Positions 24,801-37,368 of a stretch of DNA of 64,000 bases are shown here, piece by piece. The notes under the pieces were generated by a model. It ran no database searches, was not told the origin of the DNA, and saw only the letters and a program-made list of their open reading frames with translations. The first letter of the stretch is position 1. Each line of letters starts with the position of its first letter. The translations under genes and the position numbers were made by a program. The stretch is taken from the NCBI RefSeq assembly GCF_046119375.1, contig NW_027365766.1:1-64000 (forward strand), written 5' to 3'. Source of the stretch: Phyllobates terribilis. Its lineage: Eukaryota.

Positions 24801-25199
24801 CAGTTCCTTGGTCCCTGCTTAGTCTCCTGGGGATCCAAGAAACAAAATTGCATAGCGCTCTCAACGACTGAGGCTGAATACATAGCGGCAGCGCAATGTT
24901 GCGCACAAGTTTTGTGGATAAAGCAACAGCTCGTTGACTATGGTATTACTCTTGACACTATATCTATATTTTGTGATAATACTAGCGCTATATGTGTTTC
25001 GAAGAATCCTGTCCATCATACAAGAACGAAGCACATCGACGTAAGACATCATTTTCTGAGAGACCATGTGGAGCGCAAGAATATTGAGCTTATTCACGTA
25101 TCTTCAGAAGGGCAATTGGCCGATATCTTCACTAAGGCGCTTAATCGTCAGGTATTCTTAAACCTCAGGGTTCAGCTTGGTCTCATTCAGCTCCATTAG
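21828..25199 (+). CDS. pol: SIRE Pol (protease, integrase, RT, RNase H), uninterrupted
   Basis: [91 protein letters not shown]. Confidence 0.97.
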   Translation, partial: VGMKCRWYIDSGCSCHMTGDPQLLRSFQAKEGGNVSFGDKKQGKIIAKGRAHLNNAIQIGDVNLVENLRFNLLSVAQLCDQGGNKVWFSTTECAVVNPEQEVLLKGKRIDNTYLFDHSFSPKRNLCLATLTETTNLWHKRMGHASLHLLNKLQSKDLVRGLPRIKVESMTSCSDCSKAKATRSSFPSIKVVQTKAPLELLHMDLCGPLRTQSKGGNRYIFVIVDDYSRYTWTLFLKHKSETLAKFQALALLLEKKLGLPICSIRSDNGTEFKNGEFLSFCEDRGIDHNFSTPRTPEQNGVVERKNRTLQEMARTMLLSSGVASHYWAQAVSTACYITNRAFLRPILEKTPYELLKGRTPNISHLRVFGCKCYVHNNGRDLLGKFDARNDEAIFLGYAPTSQGYRVLNLRTQMEEDSIHVKFNEGELESVPEFNDDPFSSHDPLPASLSNPQAQPSVPSSGMESDDDDSGRCASLPLVTEACIPREEATQKNNTQNEDHESGPSINVLAPSSPLSPGQVTPSVTSSTPSSSQAGPSIGEAQPGSSQASPSGLSSGSESLSKTTTMKLPDNTEVTVRDYQQLNSHPVSAIISQYEKGTQTRSNVHNMLACSAFVSLQEPKSIKVALQDPDWIIAMQEELEEFQRNQVWRLVPRPGDRSIIGTRWVYRNKLDDSGAVVRNKARLVAQGYNQQEGIDYDETYAPVARLEAIRLLIAYAAHKGFKLFQMDVKTAFLNGKLNEEVYVKQPPGFEDPAYPDHVYFLDKALYGLKQAPRAWYDCLSKYLLANDYKRGLVDKTLFIREVKGDILIVQIYVDDIIFGSTNLQLVEDFKNTMSLKFSMSMIGELKYFLGLQVNQMDEGIEIHQQKYIKELLKKYQMENSKPCPTPLSTTTKLDTDLMAEKIDETLYRGMIGSLMYLTASRPDIVFAVSVCARSQSDPRASHLAHVKRIFRYLKGSDDLCLWYSKGGGLSLVGYTDADYAGYLADRKSTSGMAQFLGPCLVSWGSKKQNCIALSTTEAEYIAAAQCCAQVLWIKQQLVDYGITLDTISIFCDNTSAICVSKNPVHHTRTKHIDVRHHFLRDHVERKNIELIHVSSEGQLADIFTKALNRQVFLNLRVQLGLIQLH

Positions 25200-25909
25200 C
25201 TTCGAGGCAATCGCCCTGTAAGTATTCCTCTATTTGACTAGAACTAGCGAGCTTAGTATCAAGGTACGAACTATGGTCGCTTGCGCTTGATAGCTTTGCG
25301 TCTGCATGCTTTTGATTGATTCTTGAAATGAATAAGTATTGAACTAGTCTGACTTGTTTGGCTCGATTTGATATAATCATAATCCATGCATGCTCTCATT
25401 TGCCAAAACTTGACAATGGTGATCGTCTTCTACCCATATTATATGCCTCAGAAATGATCCATTGCATTGGTGTCCCTAGCCTGACTAGATGTAACGCTTC
25501 TCTCGTCCTTATTGAGCTCTACATAAGAGAAGTATTCATTTAGTGACATAAAGCCTCAATTACCATACTACATGTATATGCACATACGTCCACATCAACT
25601 TGAGTGATTGAATGCTCTAATGTCCCCTATATGAAATGTGCATCTTCCATTCATTAATTGCTTTACATTGTGGTTTGAAAAAATTGAACTGGACATCACA
25701 CTCTCATGACTACTCATCTCATTCAGTGTTTTGCTTCTTCAGTTCTTGCTATCAGTGATGTTTAGGCATGCGCTTCAGTGTTCAGCGCATTTGGGACAGT
25801 CAGTACATTGCGCTTTGTAGCGCATCAGGGTGGTTTCCTTCGTGGTTGGGTTTGCTTAACAATTAAGCAAGGCTTTTCTCGTAATTAAAGCGCGCCGCTC
25901 GTGTGTGAT

Positions 25910-26053
25910 GTAACGGCTATTTACAGTGCAACGGTCGAAAATCTAGCCGTTAGTGATCTACGCCGCGTTTTTATTGGACCATTGGTGGTAACGGCTCTAT
26001 TTTGTGATTGGTTCGTTGAAGCGGTTCCGAGTTGATGTAAAGAGCTATAAATA
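25910..26053 (+). promoter_or_regulatory. Putative internal promoter for the env-like ORF (4 AACGG cores, 3 reverse CCAAT, TATAAATA)
   Basis: AACGG at 25912, 25930 and 25990, CCGTT at 25947; ATTGG near 25973, 25981 and 26008; TATAAATA at 26046-26053, followed by a CT-rich leader and accATGg at 26154. Confidence 0.55.
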
Positions 26054-26153
26054 CGAGGTATTTGCCCTACAATTCTACCTTCCCATCGTTACTCCTTTAC
26101 ACTTACTCTCCTCTTCTACTCTCCCTTCTCCAATTTTCTTTCTACTTGCTACC

Positions 26154-27884
26154 ATGGACAAAATCCTGAGCGCCCTCACCGAGCTTGACCCAGAAACTCG
26201 TGCGAAGTTTCAATCACTTGTCCAAGCTACATCTTCTTCACCGCCTCCATCCAAGCAGGTGTCCCATGAGGTAACATCTCCCACTAAAACGGCCTCCCCT
26301 AAACAACCACCTCCTACAACCACCCCTGTTCCTAAATCTCCAAAAGGTCCATCTTCTCATATTGACCTTACTACTGAACCCTCTCCCTCCTCAAAAAGCC
26401 TTTCCAAAACACCTTCTAAGCCTAAATTCGCCCATATGCCTCCAGTTGATTTGGACTTGTTGGCCCAAGACCTAGAGCTCGCTGGCTACGATCCAGTTCA
26501 AGAGCTTGGCCGCATTCAGGCAGAGACCTCACACACAACCCCAGCTAAAGGTAAAGGGGTTCTTTCAGTTGATACACCCTCTCGCCCGGGGTCAAAAACA
26601 AGATCTCCAGGGCATGCGCTTCTCTCTCCACAAGACGAGCACTTCCAGTTCCTAGCGTCAATTCCTTCAGATTCAGACGCAGATGAGGATATCCAGCCTC
26701 TGCCCAGTTCAAGCGCACCAACTCCTCTGCCGCTTCCATCCCAGAAGCCTGATAGGCTGAGTGACGCGCTTCGCCGCAAAGGTAAAAAGCGCAAGGCTGC
26801 TGCTCCTCCTCCTCCAATCTCTGAGCACGAGTCGTCTGATGGCTCGGAACATGACTCCCCACCGCCTACTACTAAGCCAGTCGGCACTTCTACTCGTTCA
26901 AAGCGCACCAAGGTATCAACTTTATCTGACTTCCCTTCTGTCCCTCAAGGTGTACAGAAACGCTCCCTCCTCTTCCCAGAAATCGTCACTCAGGATCTAC
27001 TCACGGGTCTCCAAGACTCGTCCCACGTTGCCCGCTTTGCCACTTGGCTAAGCTTTCAGGGCTGGGACACGCTGGAAACTGAACCAGCGCGCTGCAACAA
27101 CTCCATGGTATACCAATTTTATGCAGCGTTGGAGTATCCACCACCGAATCCAGAGTATAGCTCAGTCACGTTTACCTGGAGAGGAAATACAAAGGAAAGT
27201 TTCAGGGTAAAGGATTTGGCTAAAGCGATTGGGCTAACGGAGCAATCCAGTGGTTTTGGCAGGCTATACAAGAAGAATTGGCCGGCAGGGGCGTCTGCAC
27301 TGAAGAAGGTAGTGTTTGGTCAGAATGTTCCAAAAGGTACGCTTTCAGTTGACCTTCTTCGACCCTCTAAGCGCCTTCTTCATCATTTCATCATCACCAA
27401 TATCACGCCAAGGGACTATGACCGTGATAAGGTGACCATAGCTGACTGCTGCATCATGGCTGCCGTAATCTCCAATCAGGTAGTCAATACAGCTCAGCTC
27501 ATGATGAGCCACCTGGTGCTATGCCGCGCTGCAACTTCAGGCCCTCTACCATTCCCTCACCTAATCTGCAAGATGCTCCGCACAGATGGATTGTATGATA
27601 ACTCTCTTCCTGATTATGCTTGCTCTACTTTCCTTACAACTGACGCTATTGTTGCACTCCTTCTACCCAAGAATGAGGAAAAACTTCCCTCCAGCTCGCG
27701 CTCTGAGTTGAGTCCTCGAGCTCGGGTCTCCTCCAGTTCCAGTGACATATCTGCTATAGTCGCTTCTATGGAAGCGCATCAGGAACGGGTAGAGAAGCGT
27801 CTTGAAGAAATGGTAGAGATAATGTCGTCAATACTAAAGCTTGTTCAGGAGAAGTTCAGTGAAGAGCGGGGTGGTAGCCCTTGA
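26154..27884 (+). CDS. SIRE env-like/accessory ORF (576 aa): Pro/Ser-rich N-terminus, basic NLS-like patch, C-terminal region resembling the putative plant transposon protein domain, terminal coiled coil
   Basis: Open frame from ATG 26154; RRKGKKRK; VYQFYAALEY...LLHHFIITNITPR...VNTAQLMMSHL...LPFPHLICKML; domain assignment is from motif memory, not a search. Confidence 0.8.
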   Translation: MDKILSALTELDPETRAKFQSLVQATSSSPPPSKQVSHEVTSPTKTASPKQPPPTTTPVPKSPKGPSSHIDLTTEPSPSSKSLSKTPSKPKFAHMPPVDLDLLAQDLELAGYDPVQELGRIQAETSHTTPAKGKGVLSVDTPSRPGSKTRSPGHALLSPQDEHFQFLASIPSDSDADEDIQPLPSSSAPTPLPLPSQKPDRLSDALRRKGKKRKAAAPPPPISEHESSDGSEHDSPPPTTKPVGTSTRSKRTKVSTLSDFPSVPQGVQKRSLLFPEIVTQDLLTGLQDSSHVARFATWLSFQGWDTLETEPARCNNSMVYQFYAALEYPPPNPEYSSVTFTWRGNTKESFRVKDLAKAIGLTEQSSGFGRLYKKNWPAGASALKKVVFGQNVPKGTLSVDLLRPSKRLLHHFIITNITPRDYDRDKVTIADCCIMAAVISNQVVNTAQLMMSHLVLCRAATSGPLPFPHLICKMLRTDGLYDNSLPDYACSTFLTTDAIVALLLPKNEEKLPSSSRSELSPRARVSSSSSDISAIVASMEAHQERVEKRLEEMVEIMSSILKLVQEKFSEERGGSP

Positions 27885-28184
27885 GCAGTTGTGATGGTTG
27901 CGCTTTTTAAAGCGCATTTGCTGATTCTCTTTTTTTTTCTCTCTGCTATGTTTTTGTGATTTATTGAATTAGCTCGCTAGGACTCCACCTTCTTTTGTGC
28001 AGTTTGTACTTGAAATAACAATATAGTATGCTTCTGATTTTTATATCTCTGAGAGCCTTACTAACTTGACTTGTCTTTACTTGAGTTGCTCACTTTTCTT
28101 TCTTAAGATTTGTTGACGTCTTAGCTAGCAAGCGCACTCTACTATCTTTCTTACCGTATGACTTTGCTTTGAATTTTTCGATGA

Positions 28185-28424
28185 TGTCAAAAGGGGGAAA
28201 AACACAGGTAAATTTCTCTTTGATTAAGGGGGAAGTATGAGATCGTGCTTGAATTCAGGGGGAATTGAAAACTGGTATGGTTAAGTACCTTGGTAAGTTA
28301 CTTTGATCCAATTCTGAATCTGAATACTTGATTAAATTGATATTATTGATTTCATTTTGGTCACTTAAGAAAGTATTCATGAGCTTACCTGTTTACAGTT
28401 TGTCATCATCAAAAAGGGGGAAAT
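28185..28424 (+). promoter_or_regulatory. Multiple polypurine tracts (Sirevirus signature)
   Basis: aaagggggaaaaa, aagggggaag, agggggaa and aaaaagggggaaat directly before the 3' LTR. Confidence 0.9.
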
Positions 28425-29609
28425 TGTTAGTTGAGCTTTGGTAGGAATATTAAAGCTCAATGTATTTCTCTGTGTTTTGATGATAACAAACTAATATGTT
28501 TAATTTCTTAGTGTTTTTAAGCCTTCCAGGTCATTGCCATATTTGTAAGGATGCGCTTAAGTCACTTAGAGATGCGCTTGACTGGTAACAGTCGCGCTTA
28601 ACACCAAGCGGAGAAAGTTAGTTTCGCAAACGGTGTTTAAATAAATCCATTCAAGACCAAGAAGTAAGAGTGATCGAGCTTCGAGGGCATAGGGATGCGC
28701 TTGAATGTAGTTGAAGAAAGTTGATCACGAAGTTCCACTGAAGCTTAGGGTGTGCCAGAGCACAGGAGAACAAATCTAGACGCTTCGAAGGCTGGTAAGG
28801 CGGGAGAGTGCAAGTTGCGTGCACAGGAAGGTGCGAGAAGAACTTCACACTCTTTGGGACGCTACTCCAGGGATCGCCAGCGTGGCAAGAGTTTGTTAGA
28901 GCTAAAAGCACACGGATTGCTTATGTGGCGTGGGTCAACACATGGAGAACAAAACCAAATCACTCCAAGCCGTTGATTAATTCTGGTGAAGTGATCAAGG
29001 CACACGGATTGATGAGGTGGCATTTTATATAGTCTCAGTTTGTTACACGGTTAAGCTATAGGGTTAGCTTAGGACTTGTGTATAAATAGAGTACTATTTC
29101 ATTCATTTTAAGAGTCGCAAACGTTGAGGATATAGGAAGCTAGAGAGAGCTTGAGATATAATTCGTTTGTAATCAGAGAGTGTTGAGAGTGCCTTTGTTC
29201 TCCAGAGCTGAATTGAGAGTATTGTAGAGAGAGTGCTTACGAGTGAGCTTCTCGTGTTGAAGCAAGAGATTGTAATCACTTCTTAATCAATACAAGTGTA
29301 GTGGTGAGTTTTATCCCGAGTCAGCTAGTGGCTTAGGGTTCTCACCTTTGGAAATTCTTGTGTGTGCAAATATAGGTGCGCTCTAACAACTTAAAGCGCG
29401 CTTTATTGTCGTCTGACCACTTCCGCACTTAAAGGACATTAGTAAATTCATTACTAAGTGTTCTACATTGGTCAAGCGCATCTCAAGTATCGAAAGCGCA
29501 ATTCAATACTAGTGAAGCGCATCTAAGGCTTAATGAACCTTAGAGACAAAAGACAATAGCTGATCAAAACACGTATTTTATACTTTGTTAACGTGTTTCA
29601 AAACCAACA
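28425..29609 (+). repeat. 3' LTR of SIRE element
   Basis: Same length and sequence as the 5' LTR at offset 9842. Confidence 0.97.
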
Positions 29610-31210
29610 GATATCATAGTTGGTTCTGCAGATACGGGTAACTCCATTTTCTTCACAAAAGGCATTACTTAAGCAACGTTCAAAAGTAATGAACTTTACA
29701 AAAATATGTATGACCCTCACATACAATTACAACACATGACAATAATATCAACACATGTATAATCGTTGGAAAATTGAATATCGTAATCTTCAGAGAATCA
29801 AAAAAATTTAAAGTCATCGACGATGTCCACATATGTAGCCACATTGTTGAGGATATTTATAGAGACGACGTTCAAGAATGTTCCGCTATTTTGGACAAGG
29901 ATCACATGCATTTGGGAAATAGAATCAATATCGCTTCTAAGCATTTCATCGAACACCTTGTGTGTGATATTTAACTCATACACCATAAACACATACTATC
30001 AAAATCAATTCTGAAATTGAACCTCATAATTGTGTCACTATCAAATCAATTGTGGTAGTCTTATCAACACTCTCATTAGCATCAAATTGACATATTAGTT
30101 TTAGAAATCGTGTAATGTCCATAAGTCGTGGAACAATGTTCATAATTTGCATGCTAGTGTTCATAAACTGAAATTGGTTGTTCATAAACTTATACAAATA
30201 CATGAATAAGACAACAGAAAAACAATGTTCATCAAAAGACAAAGACATAAATATTCACAAAACAGTACCAACAAATCCGAAGCAGCTAAATACAACTTCG
30301 TCCAATGTCTATTGAGGAAAACAACAATAACAATGAATTCAAGGAAAAAACATCAATTCAACTAAAAACGCAACAACCAAGCAAATTTTGGTTAGAATAC
30401 ATACTTGGATCCATGAGATTGATGAAGCACAAGTAAACTCCAATTTTTTCAAGGCACTGATGATTAAGAAATTGAAACGAAAATTGAAAATTTGGCCAAG
30501 AGATCTATTTCAAGAGTAGAAAAACGAAATTGAAGATAGAAGTGACATGGCTTCAATGGAGGAGAAAAATGGTGGATCATTAAAATGAAATTAGGTTTTT
30601 GGAGGAAGATCTAATTTTCAGCTAAAAGTACAATTATGTCCTTAGGTAGGTGGATTCATTAAAACAAGGAGTGTGCATCTGAACCATTGATCAAGTTTGA
30701 TCCAATGGATGAGACATATTTGCATATTTTAGGATAAAAATGTTTCTCAATTGATATTCTCTCAACACTAGTACCCCTTCTACCATTGCAGGTGGTCCCA
30801 TCCACCTTTATTGTAAACTATGTTGGAAGATGTTGCCGAGGAGGGTCGATTCATGGACCGAGCGGTACATGGGCAACTTTTGTACCACTCGGGTACCACT
30901 CAATATTTACAACTACATTGCTCATGATTTGCTTTGCATATAGAAAAATTGAAAATCGTAAAAAAAATTCAAAAAAATGTTATCCCATAATAATTGAAAC
31001 CAAAATTTATAAAAACTAGAAAATAAGAAATATTGTCTTAATGACTAATGATTAAAAATTTACAAAGGTTGAGGATCATATTGAAATATTTTAAAGATTA
31101 TGGACTATTATTAAACATTGAGAAAAAGGTTTTGGATTAGGATAGAGTGTTTTAAAGGTTAAGGACTATAACCGAACATTGAGAAAAAGGTTAGGGATTA
31201 AAATCTAGAG
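29610..31210. mobile_element. Degenerate Mutator-like remnants
   Basis: TIR-like stretch near 30600-30765 and subterminal aaaggtt/ggact repeats at 31060-31210; no paired ends found. Confidence 0.3.
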
Positions 31211-31616
31211 TATCTTTACATATAAGAACGTGTAGTTTTGGATCGTTGCTCCAACTTAATTAACTTTTCGAAGACATGGGACAAGGAGAAAAGTTTAACG
31301 ATGACTTTGGTCAATTCATATTGTAATTTATATTTAGACCATTTTCTAAAATATTGTTTTTCTAGCCCAATATATACGAGATATGATTAGGAAAATTTAA
31401 TGGTTATGTTTTTTACAAGTCCAAACTGATGCACACAACATTGACACATCACTTGGGTGTAAATTTAACATCCTAATTAAAATGGTATGCTAGGAATTTT
31501 TTATTGTATAATAGATGCTTTTTAGGAAGCATATAACCCAACCGTTATTTAAGGATGACAACGGAAAGGGTGGAGGGGAGAGTAATATCTTCCCATCCCC
31601 GTTTAAGAACACAGTC

Positions 31617-34600
31617 TGTTAGAATCCATAGAGGAGGAGAATGATTGAGTAGAGAAGATGATTCATTGAAATCTTAGAATGAGATTACACGGGTTTATAT
31701 AGAAGTGGAGACATCTATTAGTTGAGCTTTGATAGTCAAATATGAAAGCTCGATGTATTTCTCTTTGTTTTGATGATAACAAACTTATCTATCTAATCTC
31801 TTTGTGTTCTAAGCTACCCAGGTAATCATAAGACTTGTTGGGTTGCGCTTTCATCACTAAGAGATCGCGCTTCGACTGTTCCAGTCACGCTTAACACCAA
31901 GCGGAGAATCTAGTTTCGCAAGCGGTGTTTGAATAACTCCAATCAAGTCCAGAAGCAAGAGGAATCGAGCTTCTCAAGCCAAGAGGGCGCTTGAATAAAG
32001 CAGAGTTGTATTGTTGATCAACGAGAGTCCACAGAAGCAAGGGTGCACGCACTTGCAGAATAGAGCTTCCAAGATGCTTGTAAAGGTTGGTGAGCGGGAA
32101 ATCGAAAACTGAGTGCACGTGGGGTGCAAGAAGGGTTTTGGGATTTCTTGAAGCAACTCCAAGGACTGCCAGCGTGGAAGGAAGACGGTTAGCTCGTGAA
32201 GGCACGGATTGCATACGTGGCAAAGATCAACAATAGAAGAACAAAACCAAATCAATTCCGTTCATTTGATTATTTCTAACAACTTGGTTAAGCACACAGA
32301 TTGATGAGGTGGCAAGCTAGCTTAGTTTCTGATTTGTTATCACAAGTTAAGTGTGTTGTATCTTAGCTTTGATGTATAAATAGGGAACTGTAGCTATCAC
32401 TCTAGTGTGACGAGTATTGACGAGCTTATTGTAATCAGAGTGAATTGCCTTGTTCTTAGAGCTAGAACGTAGTGTATTGTAAGAAGTGAGAGTACGAGAG
32501 TGAGCTTCTTAAGAGTGCAGAAGGTTGACATGTGCTCTTGTTGAAGCTAAGGTTGTAATCTCTTTCTTTCAATATAGTAGAGTGAGTTTTATCCCGAGCC
32601 AAGTAGTGGCTTAGGGTTATCACTGTTTAAGAACTCTTCCGTGCAAGTTGTAGTGCACTTTAATAGCTTAAAGTGCGCTTTATTGTTGTCTGACCCGTTT
32701 CCGTATAAGAGGACATTAGTAAATTCATTACTAAGTGTTCTAATTAGGTCAAGCGCAATTCTAAGTACAAAAACGCATCTTGTACTTATAATTGTGCATC
32801 TGTAGCTTCATGAACTATAGAGACATCGATCAATAACTGCTAAAACATGATCCTACAACATCTGTCCACGTCTATTATCAACAGATTTAATAGTGAATGT
32901 AATTATGTTGTAACATAATGAGGAAAAGTGAATGCTAACACCCCCTCAAGTTGGAGGTTGGTGATCTAAGACAAGACCCAACTTGGGTAAGACATTCATG
33001 TTCATAGGGCCAGATAAAGGTTTTCTATATATGTCAGCAAGCTGGCAAGTCGTAGGTATGTGAGTCAAAGAAATGAGGCCTTCAACAAGTTTGCTGCGAA
33101 CGAAGTGACAATCCAGTTATATGTGTTTCATCCGTTCATGATAAACAGGATTCTTCACAACTTACATAGCCGCTTGGCTATCACAATGAACTGGAATGGG
33201 TATAATATCATGAATTCCCAGTTCATGAAGAAGTCGACTTAGCCAAGTTAATTCTGTAGTGACTCTCCGAATGGCTCGATATTCAACTTAGGCGGATGAT
33301 AAACTGATGGGAACTTGTTTCTTGCTTTTCCATGATAAAGGAGCACCACCAAGAGTGATATGAAAACCACTAACATATCGCCTAGTGGATGGACAGGAAG
33401 CCCAATACGAGTCACAAAAAGCCTGAAGCTAGAAATCAGTTGAATTATTCAGTAAGAGTCCCAAGGAAGATGTATGATGAACATACTGTAGAGTGCAAAG
33501 AGCAGCATTCCAATGAGTGATCGTGGGAGAGTGCATGAATTGACATAAATGTTGCACAGTGAAGGCTAGATCAGGGCGGTTGTTGATCAAGAAATTCAGT
33601 TTGCCCACAAGATTTCTATATGTAGTTGGATCAGTTAATAGAGAACTATAATCAGGATGTAGTTTATTGCTAGGTTCCAAGGGGCTTTTCACACAAGCGA
33701 GTGAAGGTTTGAAGTCTGCAACAAGTTCCTTGATGAATTTTTGTTGAGTCATGAGAATGCCATCAGAAGTATGTAAAAATTCGATCCCCAATAAGTAGTT
33801 CAAAGAACCCAAATCCTTGATGCTGGTATGGAGAAACTTGAGAGATTGAATTGCATCAGTATCATCATCAGTGCTCAAAATGTCATCAACATAAATCACC
33901 AAGTACACAACACTAGTAGAAGAATGCTTGTGAAAGAGAGAATAATCATTAAGAGATTGTAGAAAGCCTTGAGAAATTAGTACCTCAGAAAGTTTGTTGT
34001 ACCATTGTTTAGAGGACTGCTTAAGTCCATACAAAAATTTAGAAAGTTTGCAAACCTTCTTTGGATACAAATGAGAGAGGCCAAGAGGGATCTTCATGTA
34101 CACCTCTACATTAATATCTCCATGAAGAAAAACATTATTAATATCTAGCTGGATGAGAGACCATCCTTTCTTTATGGCTGAAATGATCAAGGCCCTGATG
34201 GTTGTCATCTTCACAACTGGTGAAAAATTCTCAGTGTAATCCATCCCTGCTTTCTATGTGCAGCCTTTGATGACCAACCTAGCTTTATGTCTCTCAAGAG
34301 TACCATCAGCCTTAAGTTTCAATTTGTATACCCATTTGGAGCTAATGGGTCTTTTACCCTTAGGAAGATCAACTATCTCCCAAGTTTTATTAGCATCCAA
34401 AGCCTCTAGTTCAAGCTTCATAGCTTGAATCCATTATGGGGATTTAACAACATCCTCATAACAATATGGTTATGTCAAGGATTGAAGTGTAGTAAGGCTG
34501 GACTGGCTGTGAGTATTGAGGGCATGAAATGATATGGAAGTCGATGGAAATTTAGTGAAGTCAGAACAGACATTGTTACAATAGTAATCCTGAAGGTAGG

Positions 34601-37368
34601 AAGGAGGACGTGTGTTTCGGATTGGCCTAGAATTGGGAGGCTTATTTAGTGGAGCTGAAGGAGAAGGAACATGTAAGGGTGAAGGATGTGATGGAGAGTT
34701 ATTATGTGGTGATGGAGGTAAAGAGGATGGTTTAGAGTCATAATGGTCCGTGTCAATGAAAGGAGGTGGATTTGGTGAAAGGGAAATGGGCAAGGTACTG
34801 TGAAACGGATATATTTGCTCATGGAAAGAAACATCCATGGATACGAATATAGAGTGATCATGAGAAGAGTGTAACCCTTAATGCCAAAGGGATAACCAAG
34901 AAAAACAACTTTGATAGCACGAGGCATGAGTTTCTGGTGACCAACAGTGGATGATGAAGCATACACAAGGCAGTCGAAATTCCTCAAATGAGAGTATGTA
35001 GGTTGTTTCAGAAAGACCCTCTCATATGGAGACAAATTGCCCAAGACTCTAGTAGGAAAACGATTGATGAGATATGTGGTGTTAGCAAGCAATGACCCCA
35101 GTACCTCAAAGGTAATTGTGACTGAAATAACAAGGCCCATGCAATTTTAAGAAGATTCCTTTGTTTTCTTTCAACCATGCCGTTTTGCTGAGGAGTATGG
35201 ACACAACCGAGCTGGTGTATAATCCCTTTAGTAGAGAAATAAGACCGGCCTGAGTGACTAAGACCAAGTTCCAAAGCACTATATGATCTCACAATCTTCA
35301 CAGATGTGTTAAACTGAGTTTCAACAAGAGATATAAAGATTTGAAGAAGAGAAAGAGCATTACTCTTAGACTTCATTAGATGAGTACAAGTAAGACGACT
35401 ATAATCATCAACAATGGGAATGAAATATTTTGTGTCCATCACGAGTCAATGTATTATAAGGCCCCCAAGTATCTACATGAAGTAATTCAAAGCAACATGT
35501 AGATAGAACTAGAAGGAAAAGAGCTTATATGGTGTTGAGCCTTAGCATAAATTTCACATGCTGAGCAAGAATGATTATTAACATCACATTTTAGTAAGGA
35601 ACTCAATTTATACAATGGTAAATGACCTAATTTGTATGCCAAAGAGACACATCAATAGGATTAGTAGATGATTGTGAAGTGTAGGATGAATGTAGCTCAT
35701 GATCATCCAAGTTAACATTATTCTTTGAGGCAATATACTACCTGTTTTGCACCTTACCAAGCACCAGAGGCTTTCTCAGAGAAGGGCTTTGCAACCAGCA
35801 TAATTCAGTAGAGAAACAAGCAGTACAGTGTAACTGGCTAGCAAGCTTGTGTACTGAGATTAAATTGAACTTAAATGCAGGAACATATAAGACATTAGCA
35901 AGGAAAACATCCTTTGATAGACAAACACTTCCAAAGTGAGTCACATTCATAGTATGTCCATTAGGCATGGACACCGTAACTGAATTAGGCAACTTCTTCA
36001 TGTCAATAAAAAGATCCAGATTAAAGGACATGTGATCACTTGCGCCAGAATCAATAATCCAAGCAGAAGATGATTTAGAAGAGCCTAAATTATTTAGAGA
36101 AGTAAACGAGCAGGAAATACCAGCAAAGTGGGCATTAGAAGTGTTGGATTCTTGACTATTCTTGGATAGTAACTGAAGTAGCTGAGAGTATTGATCATAT
36201 GTCAAGCCTTGGATAGAATCAACAACAGAATGAGCAGTAGAGGTTGATTATTCGGATAGCCTATGATCTTGAAGCACTTGTCAATAGAATGACCGAGATT
36301 CTTGCAATTAGTGCAGTATGGACGTTTTCCTTTAGAAGGAGCAGGAGGCAAGACAATAGGAGTAGAAGCATTTAGAGAAGAAGAATAAAGACTTAGAGTA
36401 GGAGTAGAATGAACCTCTCTTTGGCTTTCTTCATGAAGCAGAAGCGAATAAGCTTGATCCACAGAAGGAGCTGGCTTCATCATTAGAATGCTTCCTCGAA
36501 TATTGGCAAACGATTCATTCAATCCCATGAGGAATTGAAGAAGTCGACGATCCTCATCATGAGCAAGTAAATCATCAGCAAGGCCACATGTACAAGCTGG
36601 AAAATTACGCATAGAGTCTTGTTCATCCCATAAGCGCTTGATATGTGTGAAGTAATCAGAAACATCTTTTCAAGGGAATATCTCTGTGCGTTGTTGACAT
36701 GAGAGAAGCGAGCGTTGACATCAAGCCAAATCTTGCGCGCATCTCCACACATGAGGAAAGTATCTGCAATTAGCTTTGCCATGGATGTAAGAAGCCATGA
36801 GACAATCATATGACTGCACCTCTGCCATCGACAGAAAGAAGGATGAGTTGGTGCAGGCTTCTGGATCTCTCCATCGATAAATCCAAGCTTATTCTTGGCA
36901 GATAAGGAGAGAATAACCAAGTGTTTCCAACTGAAGAATCCATGGTCGTCGAACTTGTGAGATCCGATCTCGGTTTTGGGAGAATGGGAAGGATGAGGAT
37001 AGAAAGCATCATTAGGATCTGGAGGAGTGTTCCATGGATTCGTAGGATTGAGTGGAGGAAAATCTCAATCACGATTGTGATTCGCAGGATTGCGATTTGG
37101 AGGATTGTGATTTGGAGATACCATTGATGGATGAATGAAGCGGAAGGAAGGTGAATCAGAAGGATCGATTACTCATCTGATACCATGTTAGAATCCATAG
37201 AGGAAGAGAATGAATTAGTAGAGAAGATGATTCATTGAAATCTTAGAATGAGATTACATGGGTTTATATAGAAATGGAGACATTTGTCCACGTCTATTAT
37301 CAACAGAAATAGCAGAATAACATAATGCAATTCTATTGTAACATAATGAGGAAAAGTGAATGCTAAAA
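31617..37368 (-). mobile_element. Degenerate short-LTR Copia element (Ale/Retrofit-like); 5' LTR 37186-37368, 3' LTR 31617-32940 (interrupted)
   Basis: LTRs of about 180 bp, PBS tggtatcaga on minus at about 37176-37185, PPT ccccctcaag at 32941-32950, TSD cagtc/caatc. Fragmented gag (SAKNKLGFIDG), PR (WIIDSGASDHM), INT (QQNGMVERK) and RT (QLDINNVFLHG, IYVDDIL). Confidence 0.92.
31716..32857 (+). mobile_element. SIRE solo LTR (1142 bp), related to but diverged from the 18.6-29.6 kb element, nested in the Copia 3' LTR
   Basis: Collinear with the SIRE LTR (tattagttgagcttt..., gagttttatcccgag, gacattagtaaattcattactaagtg); perfect 5-bp TSD acatc on both sides. Confidence 0.93.

Larger units (their letters stand above)
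18583..29609 (+). mobile_element. Young full-length Ty1/Copia LTR retrotransposon, SIRE (Sirevirus/Maximus) lineage, 11,027 bp, with env-like ORF
   Basis: Two 1185-bp TG...CA LTRs (about 5 differences seen), tRNA-iMet PBS, extended gag, intact pol in PR-INT-RT-RH order, third ORF and multiple PPTs. Confidence 0.97.

Noticed and set aside
26004-26153. N-terminal extension of the env-like ORF in the ORF track
   Set aside because: It starts at GTG and runs through the TATA box and leader; the first ATG, in good context, is at 26154.
26516-27051. Overlapping antisense and alternate-frame ORFs in the env-like region
   Set aside because: Shadow frames of a GC-rich low-complexity coding region with no recognisable motifs.
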